Part shown: positions 1-12,910 of the stretch, one piece after another
Position numbering within the stretch: the first letter of the stretch is position 1
How the letters are laid out: each line of letters starts with the position of its first letter
NCBI GenBank assembly: GCA_001938485.1
Contig: MQRK01180138.1
Location: 3,534 to 52,154, forward strand
Source of the DNA: Girardia tigrina
Taxonomy: Eukaryota
Reading direction: 5' to 3'
DNA: 48,621 nt
Translations under genes and position numbers: made by a program
Notes under the pieces: generated by a model
What the model saw: only the letters and a program-made list of their open reading frames with translations
What the model was told of the DNA's origin: nothing
Database searches by the model: none

Positions 1-46
<46 letters not shown>
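1..46. repeat. (AT)n microsatellite
   Basis: Perfect AT dinucleotide run at the window start. Confidence 0.97.
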
Positions 47-49
<3 letters not shown>

Positions 50-83
50 GATCCTTAATATTGTAGCCGATAGTACAATCGGT

Positions 84-2460
84 ATGTATAATAAAAGTAA
101 TTTATTTAATAAAATTGATGCAGATAGTTTTAAAGATGTATTAATTGATCAGATACAACAATTAGTTCAGGCAGATAAAACGACGATCGATAGTATTAAA
201 ATAGTAAAATTTTTAAAAAAAGAGAAAGAGGGAATTTTTGAAATGAGAGACCTGACAACTAAGGAGACCGATGTAAATGAAAGAGAAAGCCAGATCTCAT
301 ACAATATAATGCAAGGTAGACCGAGTATTAGAGTCGACATCTTGGGAACGAAGATAGAAATGAAAAAGATAGAATGCTTACTTGACACCGGAGCCAGAGT
401 GAATGTCATGAGATATAACACGTAAGACAGACCAGTGACGTAAAATTAGAACCGTCAGAAGAAAAGTTGAAATGCGCAATTGATAGCCAATTGGAAGAAA
501 TGGCAAGGTACATTTAGTTGTCACAGTTGGTGCAAGGAAAGGGAAAGTGACTTTTATAGTTGTAAGAAACATAAGTCTTGAACTGATCGGCGGAATAGAT
601 ATGCAGAGGAAGTTAGGATTAGAATTACAATGGAAAGAGATCAATACAGAAGATAAAGAATCTTATATATGTGAAATAGAAGCAAAATTTGGTAGACAAA
701 TATCGGACGAAGATAGAATGAAAAGAGCAGTAGAAGTATTAGAACTAAAGGAGTAATCAAGACTTTTTTAAATCGTTCAGAGGTAAAAGCATGTTTTCAT
801 GGCGGATAAGTGGGATATAGGCTAGACTCACTAAGCATAAAATCATAACCAAAGGCGCGCTAATAAACAGTAAACCCCGCAGACAACCGGTGCACCTGGA
901 AAGCAAGTTAGCAGAAACTATAAAAAAATTTACACGATAACGGTATTATAAGACGATGCACCTCCCAGTGGAACACAACGATAGTGTGTGTTTGAAAAAA
1001 AGAAACAATAGAAGTTAGACTATGTTTTGATTTCAGACAATTGAACAATATTACAGAAAGACAAGCATTTCCGATGCCCAATGTAGAGGAAATGTTAGAC
1101 ACATTACAATGATCGTAATCTAGGTAACGCATTTTACCAGGTAGAGTTAGATGAAACCTCACAAGAAAAAACGGCTTTTTCAACTAATTCAAGCCAATTC
1201 TGCTTCACCGGGATGCCGTTCGGTATTGCAGCAGCGCCCGATACATTCCAGGAAGTTATGACAAAAGTATTGTCCACAATCGAGTCCGGCGCTTCGGTAT
1301 ATCTTGGCGATATATTGGTGGCCATAGAAACGTTAGAGGAACACTTTGAAATCCTCGGAAGAGTTATTCAGAAAATTGGTGAGGCTGGATTACGATTGAA
1401 TCCTAAGAAATGCAAGTTCCTACGGAAGGAAGTAAAATATTTGGGGCATATTTTGAAAAAACAAAATTAGAACAGATCCTAGCAAGGTTGAGGCGATAAG
1501 AACATTTACCAGACCCAAATGCATAAAAAACCTAAGGAGTTTCCTAGGTATTTGCAACTACTACCATAGATTTACAAAAGACTACGACAAGAAATCTAGA
1601 TCGCTAGAAAGTATGTGTGGAAACAAGACGGTGAAGTTAGTCTGAACGGACACTTGCGAAGCTGCATTCGAGGATATGAAGAAAGCCCTGATGGAAGCAC
1701 CAATACTTGCATTTCCTAATTTTATAAAAGACTTTATCTTGGATAAGAATGCCAGCTTCGATACAATTGGAGCGGTATTGTCTCAGAAGAATTACTCTGA
1801 ACAAGAACAAGTTATATTTTATGGCTCACACGTTATGAATAGCCACAAAAAAGGTTATTGCATCACCAGAAAGGAACTGCTGGCAATATACTATTTCTGT
1901 AACTATTTCAAACATTATTTATATGGAAAACGATTCACATTAAGAACAGACCACAAAGCCATAACGTTTATGATGAAAACGAAAAAACCAGTTACGGCAC
2001 AATTTCAAAATTGGTTGAATTATCTCAGTAGTTTAGATATCAATATGGAATTCAGGAAAGGAACATTACACTCAAATGCAGATATGCTATCAAGAAATCA
2101 GTGTGGGATTTGCACGCAGTGCCTGATGGAACACGAAGATGCCAAGCGGGAAAAGATAAAAACAAGGATTTTAACAGTGAGCCCTCAAAATACAATCCCG
2201 GAATGGTAATCAAATAATGAGGAAATGCAAGAAATAAAAGGAAAGACAGAAAACAGCAAATTCAAAGTCTATTAAGGCAAAGATGACTATTAACAAAATA
2301 ACTATTAAGGCAAAAGAGACAACTATTAAAATACAAGCGGATAAACCGTTTGAGAATATTTATGTTGACATGTGCGGACCATGGAAAGAAACATAACGAA
2401 GAGAGAAATAAATTGTTGCGATCGTTGACCATTTCAACAAATATGTCATACATTTCGGTC
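84..2460 (+). mobile_element. Ty3/Gypsy LTR retrotransposon pol remnant (protease-RT-RNase H-partial integrase) with stops and frameshifts
   Basis: LLDTGARVNV aspartic protease; MPFGIAAAPDTFQ and YLGD (YLDD-like) RT motifs; FILDKNASFDTIGAVLSQ, ELLAI, TDHKAI and NADMLSR RNase H motifs; AIVDHF integrase start near 2420. Domain order is PR-RT-RH-IN. Confidence 0.95.
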
Positions 2461-4076
2461 ATCTGAAGTTCGGATTAATCACAGGAAAATGTACACCCTG
2501 GTTGACACTTCTTCGCTTTCTTGCCGAATCGACGGTGGAAATAGCATTGTGTGGTAACCTTTGTGAATAGACTGGATGGTGGATCGGTGTCCAACACTAC
2601 ATCGAGCGGTTGATGTTCTTTCTGCATGGATTTGTAATCCAAGAGTCACGACATTTCTGAGTGGCGGGGTATCGTCTCGCAGGTTCTTGTGATTGTGGTT
2701 GATGTGCTTCCTGAATTGCGTAGATGCAAGAGAGTCGGTTGCTCGTGTTTGCTGTCGGACATATGGTCCTTGACGATTAGTTTCCGATTCCTGAAGTCAA
2801 CAAGAATGTTAAAATGGTCAAAGAAATTGGCACCTAGAAAGGGTAGTGTGACTTCAGTCACAACAAATCTCCAATTGAAGGTTCGGTTGAGCTGTATCAA
2901 TGAAAATGATAGTTGAAGCTTGCCAAACATTTGGACCGTGGATCCATTCGCAGCTGTAAGTTTCTGAGCATGTCAAATGTTGTGCGGTTGGAAGAGGTGT
3001 GGTAAGTCGGATAGCGGAGATCCAGTGTCTACCAAGAAAAACGCCAGTGAAATGATGCTGTTACTTATTTGGGCATCATAAGTAAATAAACCGCATCAAC
3101 TGTCTTCGTCCTTGTCATCTGATGCTTGGATTGAAGGTGAAACTAGTTTTCTTGGCAGTGCATGCTTGCACTCGGGGGTGCATGATCTCACTTGATCGGC
3201 ATAATTGGAGTGCCAAATGCACGTGTCAGTCATGTCAAGTATCGAGCGGTCGCCTCTCCACTTGCAGCTGGGTTGGCATTTCTTGGACTTAGTGCCAAAT
3301 TTGAGTGATAATAGCAGAGTGGAGTTTGTTGCTTCCTCGGGTTCCTCCGGTGGTCATTTTGACCTTTAGATCTGCCGCAGTGTCGATTGTCCGATCCCGA
3401 CTTCAACAATGCGACGGTGGGGATTCCAGATCAGACATGGTGGTCGCCATCTGAGCTATCTGAGCTGTTTGTGCCTCGATTTGTCCGTTCTGTTGTGCCA
3501 CCGAGCCTGGATGGTTTATGTGCATAGGTTGGGTGTGGACTGGTTGAAACAAGTGTCAGAACTAGAGAGCACTGTTTCGGCAATTCTGTCTACGATTTCT
3601 GCCAGTTCTTGCAGATTGGTAGTACTGGGGGCAACGATAATAGCCTTGTGAATCTGGGGGAGCGATTGAATGAAGAATTTCTTCAAATTCGCTGAGTTTT
3701 TATCCTGGTTGGATCAACTCCAGGTCGCCTATGACTCTTCGTAGAAATTAAATTAAATTAAAATAAATTGTGATGGCTGCATTATGTCGATTTACTGTGT
3801 CTTGAAATAATTTTCAATGAAAAAATCAAATTTGGGTTCGTGAGTCATCATAATTTGTCGCCGAAATTGATCATACGGCTCCGCGTGCTGGATTATGGTT
3901 GCGAGATGTGGTGTCATCATCTTGAGTTGTTCTGCCAGAATTGCACTGTGCAGATTCTGGAACAAGCTGCTCTGCGATTTAAGGTGCATCGCCTTGAACC
4001 TGAAATCCATGAGCTCCAGCCAAACCTTCGGGGATCCGGTATGATTGGTGAAGAAGGTCGGCGGTTGAAGTCAATT
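2461..4076 (-). mobile_element. Second, more GC-rich Ty3/Gypsy remnant (gag, protease, start of RT)
   Basis: Gag-like N-terminus (VWLELMDFRFKAMHLKSQSSLFQNL); Cys/His knuckle CIWHSNYADQVRSCTPEC near 3170-3225; FLVDTGS protease near 3020-3040; WRFVVTEVTLPFLGANFFDHFNILVD protease C-terminus. Confidence 0.88.
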
Positions 4077-4630
4077 AAAATATATTGATGTGATTGGATG
4101 TTTCACTCTGCACATTCAAGCACGGTACGAAATGCTTCAGTAGAAGTGCTTCTGTCATGATCCTTTTACTACAAGTATCAAAATTCTAGTTCAATATTTT
4201 GATTTCACTTTCCCAATTGACAGTTTCCCGATCTTTACATCTCATCAGATGTTGCACAATTGAACTTTTCCTGCTCTGTTGAGATTGTTCGGCTACCCTA
4301 GTGCGGAGATGACGGCTTGTTACTCCAATGTACAAGGCTTAGCACTTATGACATGTAAATTGGTAAATTAGGTTGGCCTTAAATGATTTGAATTATAGGT
4401 TTTCAGATCAATTTCTTTTACATCATTTTTCTTTAATTGATTCGAAACCTTAAATGTTTGGAGAGTTGATAAATTTTAGTGTTTCATACATAATTTCGTA
4501 CAATCTTAAATGAAGTTTAAGAAACCTAACTTGGATATGAAGTGTTTGCTTTAGTTACCAACTTTTATGTTACGGGATGGCTGTACCTAAGTTAAAACAT
4601 AGAAGGTTTCTATTCTTTAAAATTCAGCAA
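4077..4630 (-). mobile_element. Penelope-like element 3' remnant (GIY-YIG endonuclease)
   Basis: Minus-strand translation reads NLIYQFTCHKC*ALYIGVTSRHLRTRVAEQ...TEALLLKHFVPCLNVQ, a typical PLE GIY-YIG with stops. It is absent from the ORF track. Confidence 0.88.
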
Positions 4631-5269
4631 TGTAAGAAATTTAAATTAATATCAGTTTATAAAATTATTAATATTTTGTAAAATTTTAATCGATTTTAAT
4701 AATTAATAAAGTTTAATTAATAAAAACTCTAGTTTGACTTAATTAACAAACAAAGTGGCGAAAGAGAGACCTCTCGGGTCTTTCCATTCAAATTAAATTT
4801 ATTTTAATTTTTATTAAAAATGTTGAGGGAATTTTTTATTTTTTATTTCTATTTTTCTTAAGTTATTTTAACAGTTTCAATAAAATTTTGCTGTCATTAC
4901 GATCGTATCGAATCTCCGTATCGGTTTACAGTTTTTAATATTCTGTCGTCATTTACATAAAAATTAATTCTCAATTTCCTTCAAGAATCAATTTACAGAG
5001 ATCCGTAAATATTACAATCTTCAAGAACAAATTGTTAGAGGATTGATTATTTTCTCAAATATTTTTGTTACATCTTAACAGCTTCAAATTCAAACTACTC
5101 AATTTAAATTTACAAAAATTGAAAAGTTATAATAATACACCAGAATAAAATATTTATAACAAAATAATTTTAAGGAAAATATTATTGTTAAAAATTATTA
5201 TAATTCAAATTTACAAGGGTTAGACAATAGAATTTAAAACTCATTAAACACTATGCAGTTCTTTAAGAG

Positions 5270-6050
5270 ATGATGCCGGCGGTAATCGACCATTAATGAT
5301 GAATTATATTGAAGTCTTGGGATCGTGGTGTTCAGATTGGATGCTTAACTTCCTTAGAAAGTTCCTCGTGCCATTCTTTAACAATTTCAGTCGTATTTAT
5401 TGGTGTATTATCATCTTGAAAGATAGCGCTCCCCTTCTGAAAAAGTTCTAAAACTATAGGATGAACTTGTTACCAAAATTTTCTAAATAACCAAAGTTGT
5501 ATATTCTTACATTTAAGAACATCATTGACCCTGTGGATTTCCAAGAAATAGCACTCCAGATCATTACAGAAACCACGCCATGTCTCCAAATAAAAACCAG
5601 ATAGGACGTCGGTTAAATGGTAAACAATGATACGGCAATAAATCTTATTTTCCACTACTTGAGAGACCGGTGCTTTCAACACTACTCTAAACGCTTTAAA
5701 ACATTTTTTTATTGACAGCAGTGGTTATTTCATTGTAGTTCGTCCATAGAATCTATATTAAAAAAATCAGTTTTTGTAGAAACTGGATTCTGTAGGTGCT
5801 CTGCAGTAATTTTAGGAGCTGTGGTCTTCCGATCCTCAGTAATAATTCGTTCTAGAGCCTGGCGGTCTCTCTCATACAACTTTGAATTTCTGTCAGACCT
5901 ATGCGTTGCTGAGGATGTTATTCCGTTTCTTTCGAATGCACGCATTACTTTTGATGCAGTAACTCTTGAAATATCAAGCTTTCAAGCAGTTTCGGTTCCA
6001 CAAACGCTTACCATAATTTTGGCTATTTGAAAGTTCTAAAGATCTGCCAT
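5270..6050 (-). mobile_element. Tc1-like transposase remnant
   Basis: HTH region KLYERDRQALERIITEDRKTTAPKITAE; AIFQDDNTPI second catalytic motif near 5400-5430; frameshifted. Confidence 0.85.
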
Positions 6051-7079
6051 TTTTATCAGGTTGAAACCATTTTGTTTAATTTCTGTTAATAAACATATAA
6101 CAAATAATAATCTAAAAATCATAAATATAAAATTTTGGCTGTTTATAACATCTTCAAAGATTATGATGCTTTTCAACGTACAAAAATGTAGTGGTTAGAT
6201 CAAATTTTCAATGATGCGACCCAAAATTCTTTCAGTGATTTACTTGCGATTAATAAAATTTCAAACAACTGGAAGAAGTAATTCTACTCAAACGTGATAA
6301 ATTTTCATTAAAATGTTTCATTTTACGTCACTAAAAGTTGCATGTTTTGTTGGTACACAATGTTCTCAAGATATCTGAATAACTAAAGATTATGGGGTGA
6401 TAGGGGGTTTTTGTGACTTAAATTTTTGAAAAATTAATTTGTAATATCATATTTATAATTAAATAAGTCCAAATGATTTATTTATATAAATTTTTAAAAA
6501 ATAAATATTTCGGATTAATAATAAAAATTAAATTTTAATTTATTGGACAAGACTTTTTGGAAATAAATAATTCGGAGTAACAAACATTGTAAATAAAATT
6601 AGGTTTTAAATAAAAAATCATAATGTTTTATTTAAAATTAAAGTTGTACTAAAAATAATTATAATTGAATGTTTAACCAATTAACGAAGAATAAAAATAT
6701 TATAAAATTTAATTTTAACAGTAGATGTACGATTCAAATATTTTAAAAGATCTAAAATTATATTTAAATTAAAGGGTTTTAGATAAATAATATTTAACTA
6801 AATACGTTTAAACATGATTTAAAATAAAACAGTTATTATTTAGATTTTTATAATGTATTTTAAAGATTATTATAAAATATTAATATATAAATTCATGTAA
6901 TAAAAAAATAAATTCAATTTTAATTAACGTTTTAACAAATAAATTATCAGTATTGCAATCCAGTGTTTTTAAGTATAACAAATCTGGTCAAGAAAAAAGA
7001 AAATAAAAGAAAAGTTCCTCAAGAAAAATTGTTTAAATAATTGTTATTGTTATAGAAATAAAATTTGGTGTTAATGAAT

Positions 7080-7560
7080 TATAATCTTGATCAATAACCC
7101 AATATGGGGGATATGGTAACTTTGAATGAAAATTCCGAGATTAAATTGCATTTTGAAAATGCTGCATAAGGTAAATAATCACATACAGTGATGAGCCATC
7201 TTGCATAAAAGATAATATAATTACAAAATTTCGCTGTGTTAATTAGGGCAGTACTAAAACTTTGTAGCAGTTAAAGGTAACAAGCATATGTAACTGATAT
7301 GGTATGAATTTGATCATTGTCATCAAATTCCTCTAGGAAATGAAGCTGAACAAAATTTGGTGGAATAGTCTCACCACATATTAAATTTTGCATTGTAAAA
7401 CGTGACAAGAACACTTTGAGAAGAAACATATCCATGCAAATGAAAGTATGCTTCTTTGCTCCATAGTATGGTAGTAGACCCAGCATCATTCATTTCAATT
7501 TTTGTATCACATACAATACGAATTGGCAACAATGTTCTGAATATAGTGTTTGCTATTTTT
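7080..7560 (-). mobile_element. Degenerate Tc1/mariner (DD41D/rosa-like) transposase fragment
   Basis: ILWSKEAYFHLHGYVSSQ (WSDEAHFHL-like) and FMQDGSS motifs on the minus strand. Confidence 0.7.
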
Positions 7561-7639
7561 GAAGACGTTGATACTGATATGGAAAAATTTCAACTTTTAT
7601 TGTAAAAAATGTTGACTTGTAGATTTAGTAAATCTATTT

Positions 7640-8300
7640 TCGAGAAATGGTCTGAAAGCTTATACTTCCATATTGATGCTTTGGACATCTGTCGTTATAA
7701 CTTTCTAAACGTCAGTAACATCAATACTTTGCCTTCAAGATCGTTTTACATCTGATAAAACTAAATGTCTCGAACTTTTCAATATGTACGTCAATTGTAA
7801 AGTCTCAAAGAAGCAATTAAATTTCTCACGTTTTGATAATACGAAGTCAAAAACTCAATTTTGAAGAGTAACAATAGACATGATAACAGGAAATGGAACA
7901 AATTATCTCAAGGAAATCTACCTGAAAATTTCTCGATGGGCAGAATTACAATAAATCACTTATATGATTTTGGTCTATGTGGATATCTTAAGAATATTGT
8001 GTACAAATATAATCATAAAACGTTTCATGATTTAAAAAGATCATTCGAATGAACATTAACCAAATTCCAGGATGAATTTCTGCGTCCAGTTGTTGCAAAA
8101 TAAGACCTCGTGCAAAACGCTGTAGAAAATAGGGATGGAAAAAACGAGCATTTATTCTCATCTCAACATTTGTGAACATTATATATGAAATTCATCTTGT
8201 AATTTCATCTCCATTATATGATTTTCTGAATGAAACACAAATTTAAAATTAACGTTTTTGTTAAAATATTTATAAACTGTTTCAGGAAAAGTTTAGATCA
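7640..8300 (+). mobile_element. Degenerate Tc1/mariner (DD41D-like) fragment
   Basis: C-terminal motif YDFGLCGYLKNIVYKYNHKTFHDLK resembles DFFLWGYLK..VY. Confidence 0.7.
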
Positions 8301-8789
8301 CACCTTTCATACGAAGCATAATTAAAATGTCCCACCATAAAGTTATTACTATTTCAAAAAAATATGGAACTTTTAAGAAACTATATATGCATATAAACTT
8401 ATTTAAATATGAGTAAACCTAAATAAAATTAAAAAATTATCAAAAACATCAAACCATTATATATTTTTATGGTTATTAAGCCTCCCCCGACTGAACGGAT
8501 AACTGAGTATTGTAGAGACTACAGTACCAGCATTGGCGTACAAGGTAGTGAGTCATAGACTCTATATCGGGTAGAAACTATAAATAGACAATACAGAGCC
8601 TACTGAATTTCTCGAACGGCTTTATATGCAAGATTGTGAGCTTTCAGTGCACGGGCACGCTTCGGTTTCAAATTCAAAAAGGACCAATCATGATCCATCG
8701 TCCCGTGATTTGTAGGGTAAATAAGTTCCATGATTAAATTTTCATCCTTAGAAAAAAATGAATCTTAAAAAGAAAGCTGCTAAGAAATG

Positions 8790-9110
8790 CAGTTGGGAAG
8801 TATACTACCAATACATCAGTATTACATCATTTAACAACCATTAAGTAAGTTGTAGAAATTGAATTTTGGACGCCAATTCAACGGTCCAAAGATCTGAGAT
8901 GTAAAACATTTATCATTTATCTCTTCAAAATATTCTTAAATTGAGGGAACAGGATTAACATTTTCGCCAATTTACATTTCCCTTACTCTTATTTTATGCG
9001 TACCCCAAAAAACATCCAGAAGCATTTTGTTATGATCTTGCTTAGCATTATTCATGTTATGGGTTTAAGACTACACAATAAGTGACTTTGAGTCATTTCT
9101 AAGAGAATCC
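8790..9110 (-). mobile_element. Highly decayed Tc1/mariner (DD41D-like) fragment
   Basis: FGPLNWRPK resembles the FGPVNWPPRS motif; otherwise very degenerate. Confidence 0.4.
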
Positions 9111-9369
9111 ACGAACAAAATAAAAAAAGGGAATTATTACTGCTGCTCATAATAAAATTGTAAGAGGGTATACATTTTTATAATTAAATTAAGATAATTA
9201 AATTTCATTGTTTTATTTTATTACAAAATGAGTTTACATCGATTAGTCGTTTGATTTCTTGGTGTAAACTCACTAAGAAGATCATGTGAACACATCTTAC
9301 AAATAGTCCATTTAAGTCGACAATTTCATAAATATAGTCGATAATTTCATCATTTAACAAACCTTAAAA

Positions 9370-10489
9370 ATGACAGTCAAATAATTCCAAACTAATAACT
9401 GAAGAACGCGTATTTCTCATAAAAACATTTTATAAAACGGACAACAAAAGTGAAACATGTAGACGATTCCAAGAAAAATTTGGTAGGGCGGTTAAAAGAG
9501 ACACAATAGCGAATCTAATTTACCGCTATGAAATAACTGGTTCCTGTGAAGATCTTCCTAGATGAGGTAGACCTAAATCTGTTTGCAACTCTGAAAACAG
9601 ACAAATTATTACACATAGTTTTACGAATAGTCCTCGAAAATCCACCAGACGAGCATCACAAAGCTTAGCATTTCGTAAACTTCCATTGTCAGGCTCCTGC
9701 ACGATGCTCATTGAAAACCTTACCGTCCACATTTACTCCACTCCTTGAATGAAGATGATTATGACCGTCGAGTTGAATTCTCTCAGATTTTTCAAGAACT
9801 TTGCCATGAGGACGCTCATTTCTGAAGAAGATTATTTGGAGTGATGACGCAACCTTCAAGTTTAACGGACAGGTCAATCGTCACAATTCTGTTTACTGGG
9901 CCCATGAAAATCCGCATGAAATCCTACAAAAAGAAGTCAGCGCAGTTGGTGTCGCAGTTTGGATTGGAGTCGCTGCTTCCGGTCTGGTAGGGCCGTTTTT
10001 CATTGAATGTTCTGTGACAGGTGATAGTTACGTGTCAATGCTTAACAATAATTTTATACCCTGTGTGAAGAACTGCTCGCTTGGGGAGATGTGGTTTCAA
10101 CAAGATGGTGCACCTCACCATTACAGCATTGTAGCGCGAAACTAGCTCAACGACAACTTTCCAAAAAAATGGATTGGTCGCCGCGGTTCCATCGAGTATC
10201 TTCCTCGCTCTGCAGACCTTACTCTTCCTGATTTCTTTCTTTGGGTTGTGTTAAAGAATTCAGTGTATGCCGAAAAGCCGGGAACAATAGATCAACTTGT
10301 GGTAATGTTAATGAATTAGTGATGATTTATGCCGAAATGCGTGCTATTCTGTCGTTCGAAGGACTGCAAAATGCATTGAAGAAGGCGGCCAACATTCCGT
10401 TAGATTATGTACACAATTTTAATGTAATAATAAATTGAATTTTTAAAACCTGTGTCGTTTTGACTGCCGGTGACTTCTGACTCACCCTG
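9370..10489 (+). mobile_element. Tc1/mariner DD41D (rosa/Visitor-type) pseudo-transposase with 3' TIR ending ...CACCCTG
   Basis: TEERVFLIKTFY HTH; IIWSDDATFKFNGQVNRHN; WFQQDGAPHHY and PRSADLTLPDFFLW with 41 residues between the Asp residues; 3' end ACCCTG|TA abuts (TA)n. I did not find the 5' TIR. Confidence 0.92.
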
Positions 10490-10575
10490 TATATATATAT
10501 ATATATATATATATANNNNNNNNNNNNNNNNNNNNNNNNNNNNNNNNNNNNNNNNNNNNNNNNNNATATATATAT
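10490..10575. repeat. (TA)n microsatellite spanning an assembly gap
   Basis: TA runs on both sides of an N run. Confidence 0.95.
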
Positions 10576-12809
10576 GTTAGGAATTAAAAATGTTAGGAAA
10601 ATTTTTGAAAGAAAGTTATATTAAATATGTATAAAAATTAAAATTTTTATATAATTAAATATGTAACATTCGAAAAAATAAAATTACTAAAATTAAGATC
10701 AATTAAATTGCTAATAAAAATTTTTGAGTTTTAATATAATAAAAAAAAGTAAATAAAATAAAAAGTAAAAAAAAGTGTATAATTTTTATGTGAAACGATT
10801 TTAAAAAAGTAATAAAATTAAATGAAACGGTTAAATATTTTAAAGTGTTATCGTAATTATAGAAGTAATAAAAAAAGCAAATATGAATATTTATATGTAT
10901 TTTTATCTATATCGGTTTAAGATTTATGAAACAAATAGTTTCTCAAAAAAAATAAATTTGTTTAAATATTAGATTTAAACATTTTTTGTGGTATAATAAA
11001 AGTTTTAATGTCTGATATTAATAATTCTGACGAGTTTCCAAGAACCACTAATATAGATAATACTATATATATGTATCAATGGAATTTATAAACCTATTTT
11101 TGAAGACCTTTTACTCAATCGATTTTCTTCAAACTTTGTACACTTACTGATTTTCGATGACAATAAGTGATTATGTGAAAATTCGATCGAAAAAACTTTT
11201 TAAGATACCAGAATGGGATGAAAACGGAAAATTCGGAGATCCCGAACAATATTAATCGAAAAATATCTACTTATAAATTATAAAACTTTTTTTATAAATT
11301 AAAACATTTTTGGCAAAGTAGAGTTATGTCTGCATAAAGAATGGATATCAAAAATTTAATTTTTTGATTTACCAGTTAGGTGATTATAAAGCACCAAAGT
11401 ATCTCGGAAGGATATTAATGTATCTAAAGAATTTAGTTTACTAAAAAATTAGTAATTTTGAAACACTTAAAACTTGAACTTTTCAATCTCTGAAATGTAT
11501 ATTTATATATAATATCTATTAAACTAAAATTTAAAAAATGTTTTTTTGAACAAATAAATCAAAATTTCTAAATATGAAATATTTAAAAAATATAAAATAA
11601 AATTAATTTTCTTTCATTTATTTTCTCAGAAAATATTGTTGACAATGCATTCCATTATAGAAAAAAAATAAATAAAACAATAAAAATCACAATAAGAATA
11701 TTTTGTTTTAATCTCATAAAATAAAGTCCTAATTATAATTTAAACAACATAAAACATAACATAAAAAGCAAAAATGATGAAATAATTGCTTTTATCCATT
11801 ATGTTGATCAAGTTGTTTTAATGAAAACTATTCTAAAATTATCCATTGCTAAAATTAATTAATTCGAAAATTAATTCATTTTTAATTAATACTAATTTTC
11901 ATTACATATCATTTTTTTCTCCATTTTTTTCTGAAAGATGTTTCTAAAGAATTTTATATAAATAAATCAACTGATTAAAAAAGAAAAACAAAACAAATAT
12001 TTTTTTGTAATTTTTTAACAAAATTATGGAGAAAATTATATAATTTGCATTTGTTTTTTATAAAAGATTAATCAATCAATATTACAAAAATTTGAATATT
12101 TAGAGAAATTAGGGGGAAAAATAATAACAATTTATACTTTTCAATTAGTAAATTAAAACAAAATAAAATATTTTAATATCATTATCGCCGAGAGACATTG
12201 AAAAGGTCTCTTAAATCTTTAAAATATTAAAGGAAAAATAACTTTCTGGAAAAAAATTTACTTCGAAAAGTTAATTATGTAAATTAATATCATTTTTATG
12301 TTATATTTCTCATATAAAACTGTATACAAATCACTATTAAAAATATCTGTGGAGATTTTTCTTTCATCAAATTAGAAATATTTTCAAAAAACAGATATAA
12401 TAATATAATATAATAGTTTTAAAAATACATGATACATTCAAAGAAACCCTATAGCAAGGTGGAAAGATTAAAATTAAAGTTCAACTAAGTATTACTTTTT
12501 TATACATGACCCTTGCCAATAAACTTATTTCTTCCTGCGCTGGGGCACTACCGCAAATGTATTTTTGAAGATATCCGAGATGCATTTGCTCGATTAATTC
12601 ATCGACTTTAACGTATTAATCCTTAGTGTTTGTGAATATTTTACATTTCAAATGGTTGCTGAATGTGAGGTATAACCATTTAGAAGATTCCCAGGAAGCA
12701 GCAAACTATCTTACTAAATTCTAACTTTAAAAAGCCTGCTGTAAGAGTAAACTCAATCTCAATTAAAACCAAAGGGGTTTATGACAAATTGATAAAATCC
12801 GTGACAAAA

Positions 12810-12845
12810 TCTATATACGTATATATATATATATAGATATATAAA

Positions 12846-12899
<54 letters not shown>

Positions 12900-12910
12900 G
12901 AATGTATGTA
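12810..12910 (+). repeat. (TA)n tract and probable 5' part of a non-autonomous Helitron-like element
   Basis: TCTATAT...(TA)n AAAATGAATGTATGTA; the sequence resumes after the mariner at 14706 with TGTATGTCC...AACTATTCAACAGATTACAACAAAACTTT...ATCCCAGGGAAGGTT, resembling invertebrate Helitron 5' regions. Confidence 0.5.

Noticed and set aside
4215-4250. Minus-strand CTGATGA...GAAAC..TC hammerhead candidate
   Set aside because: It lies inside the GIY-YIG coding frame (HLMRCKDRETV), has extra bases before GAAA and has no adjacent stem I.
4755-4785. Hairpin gagacc-tctcg-ggtctt as a terminator
   Set aside because: Short isolated stem in a eukaryotic context with no associated gene.
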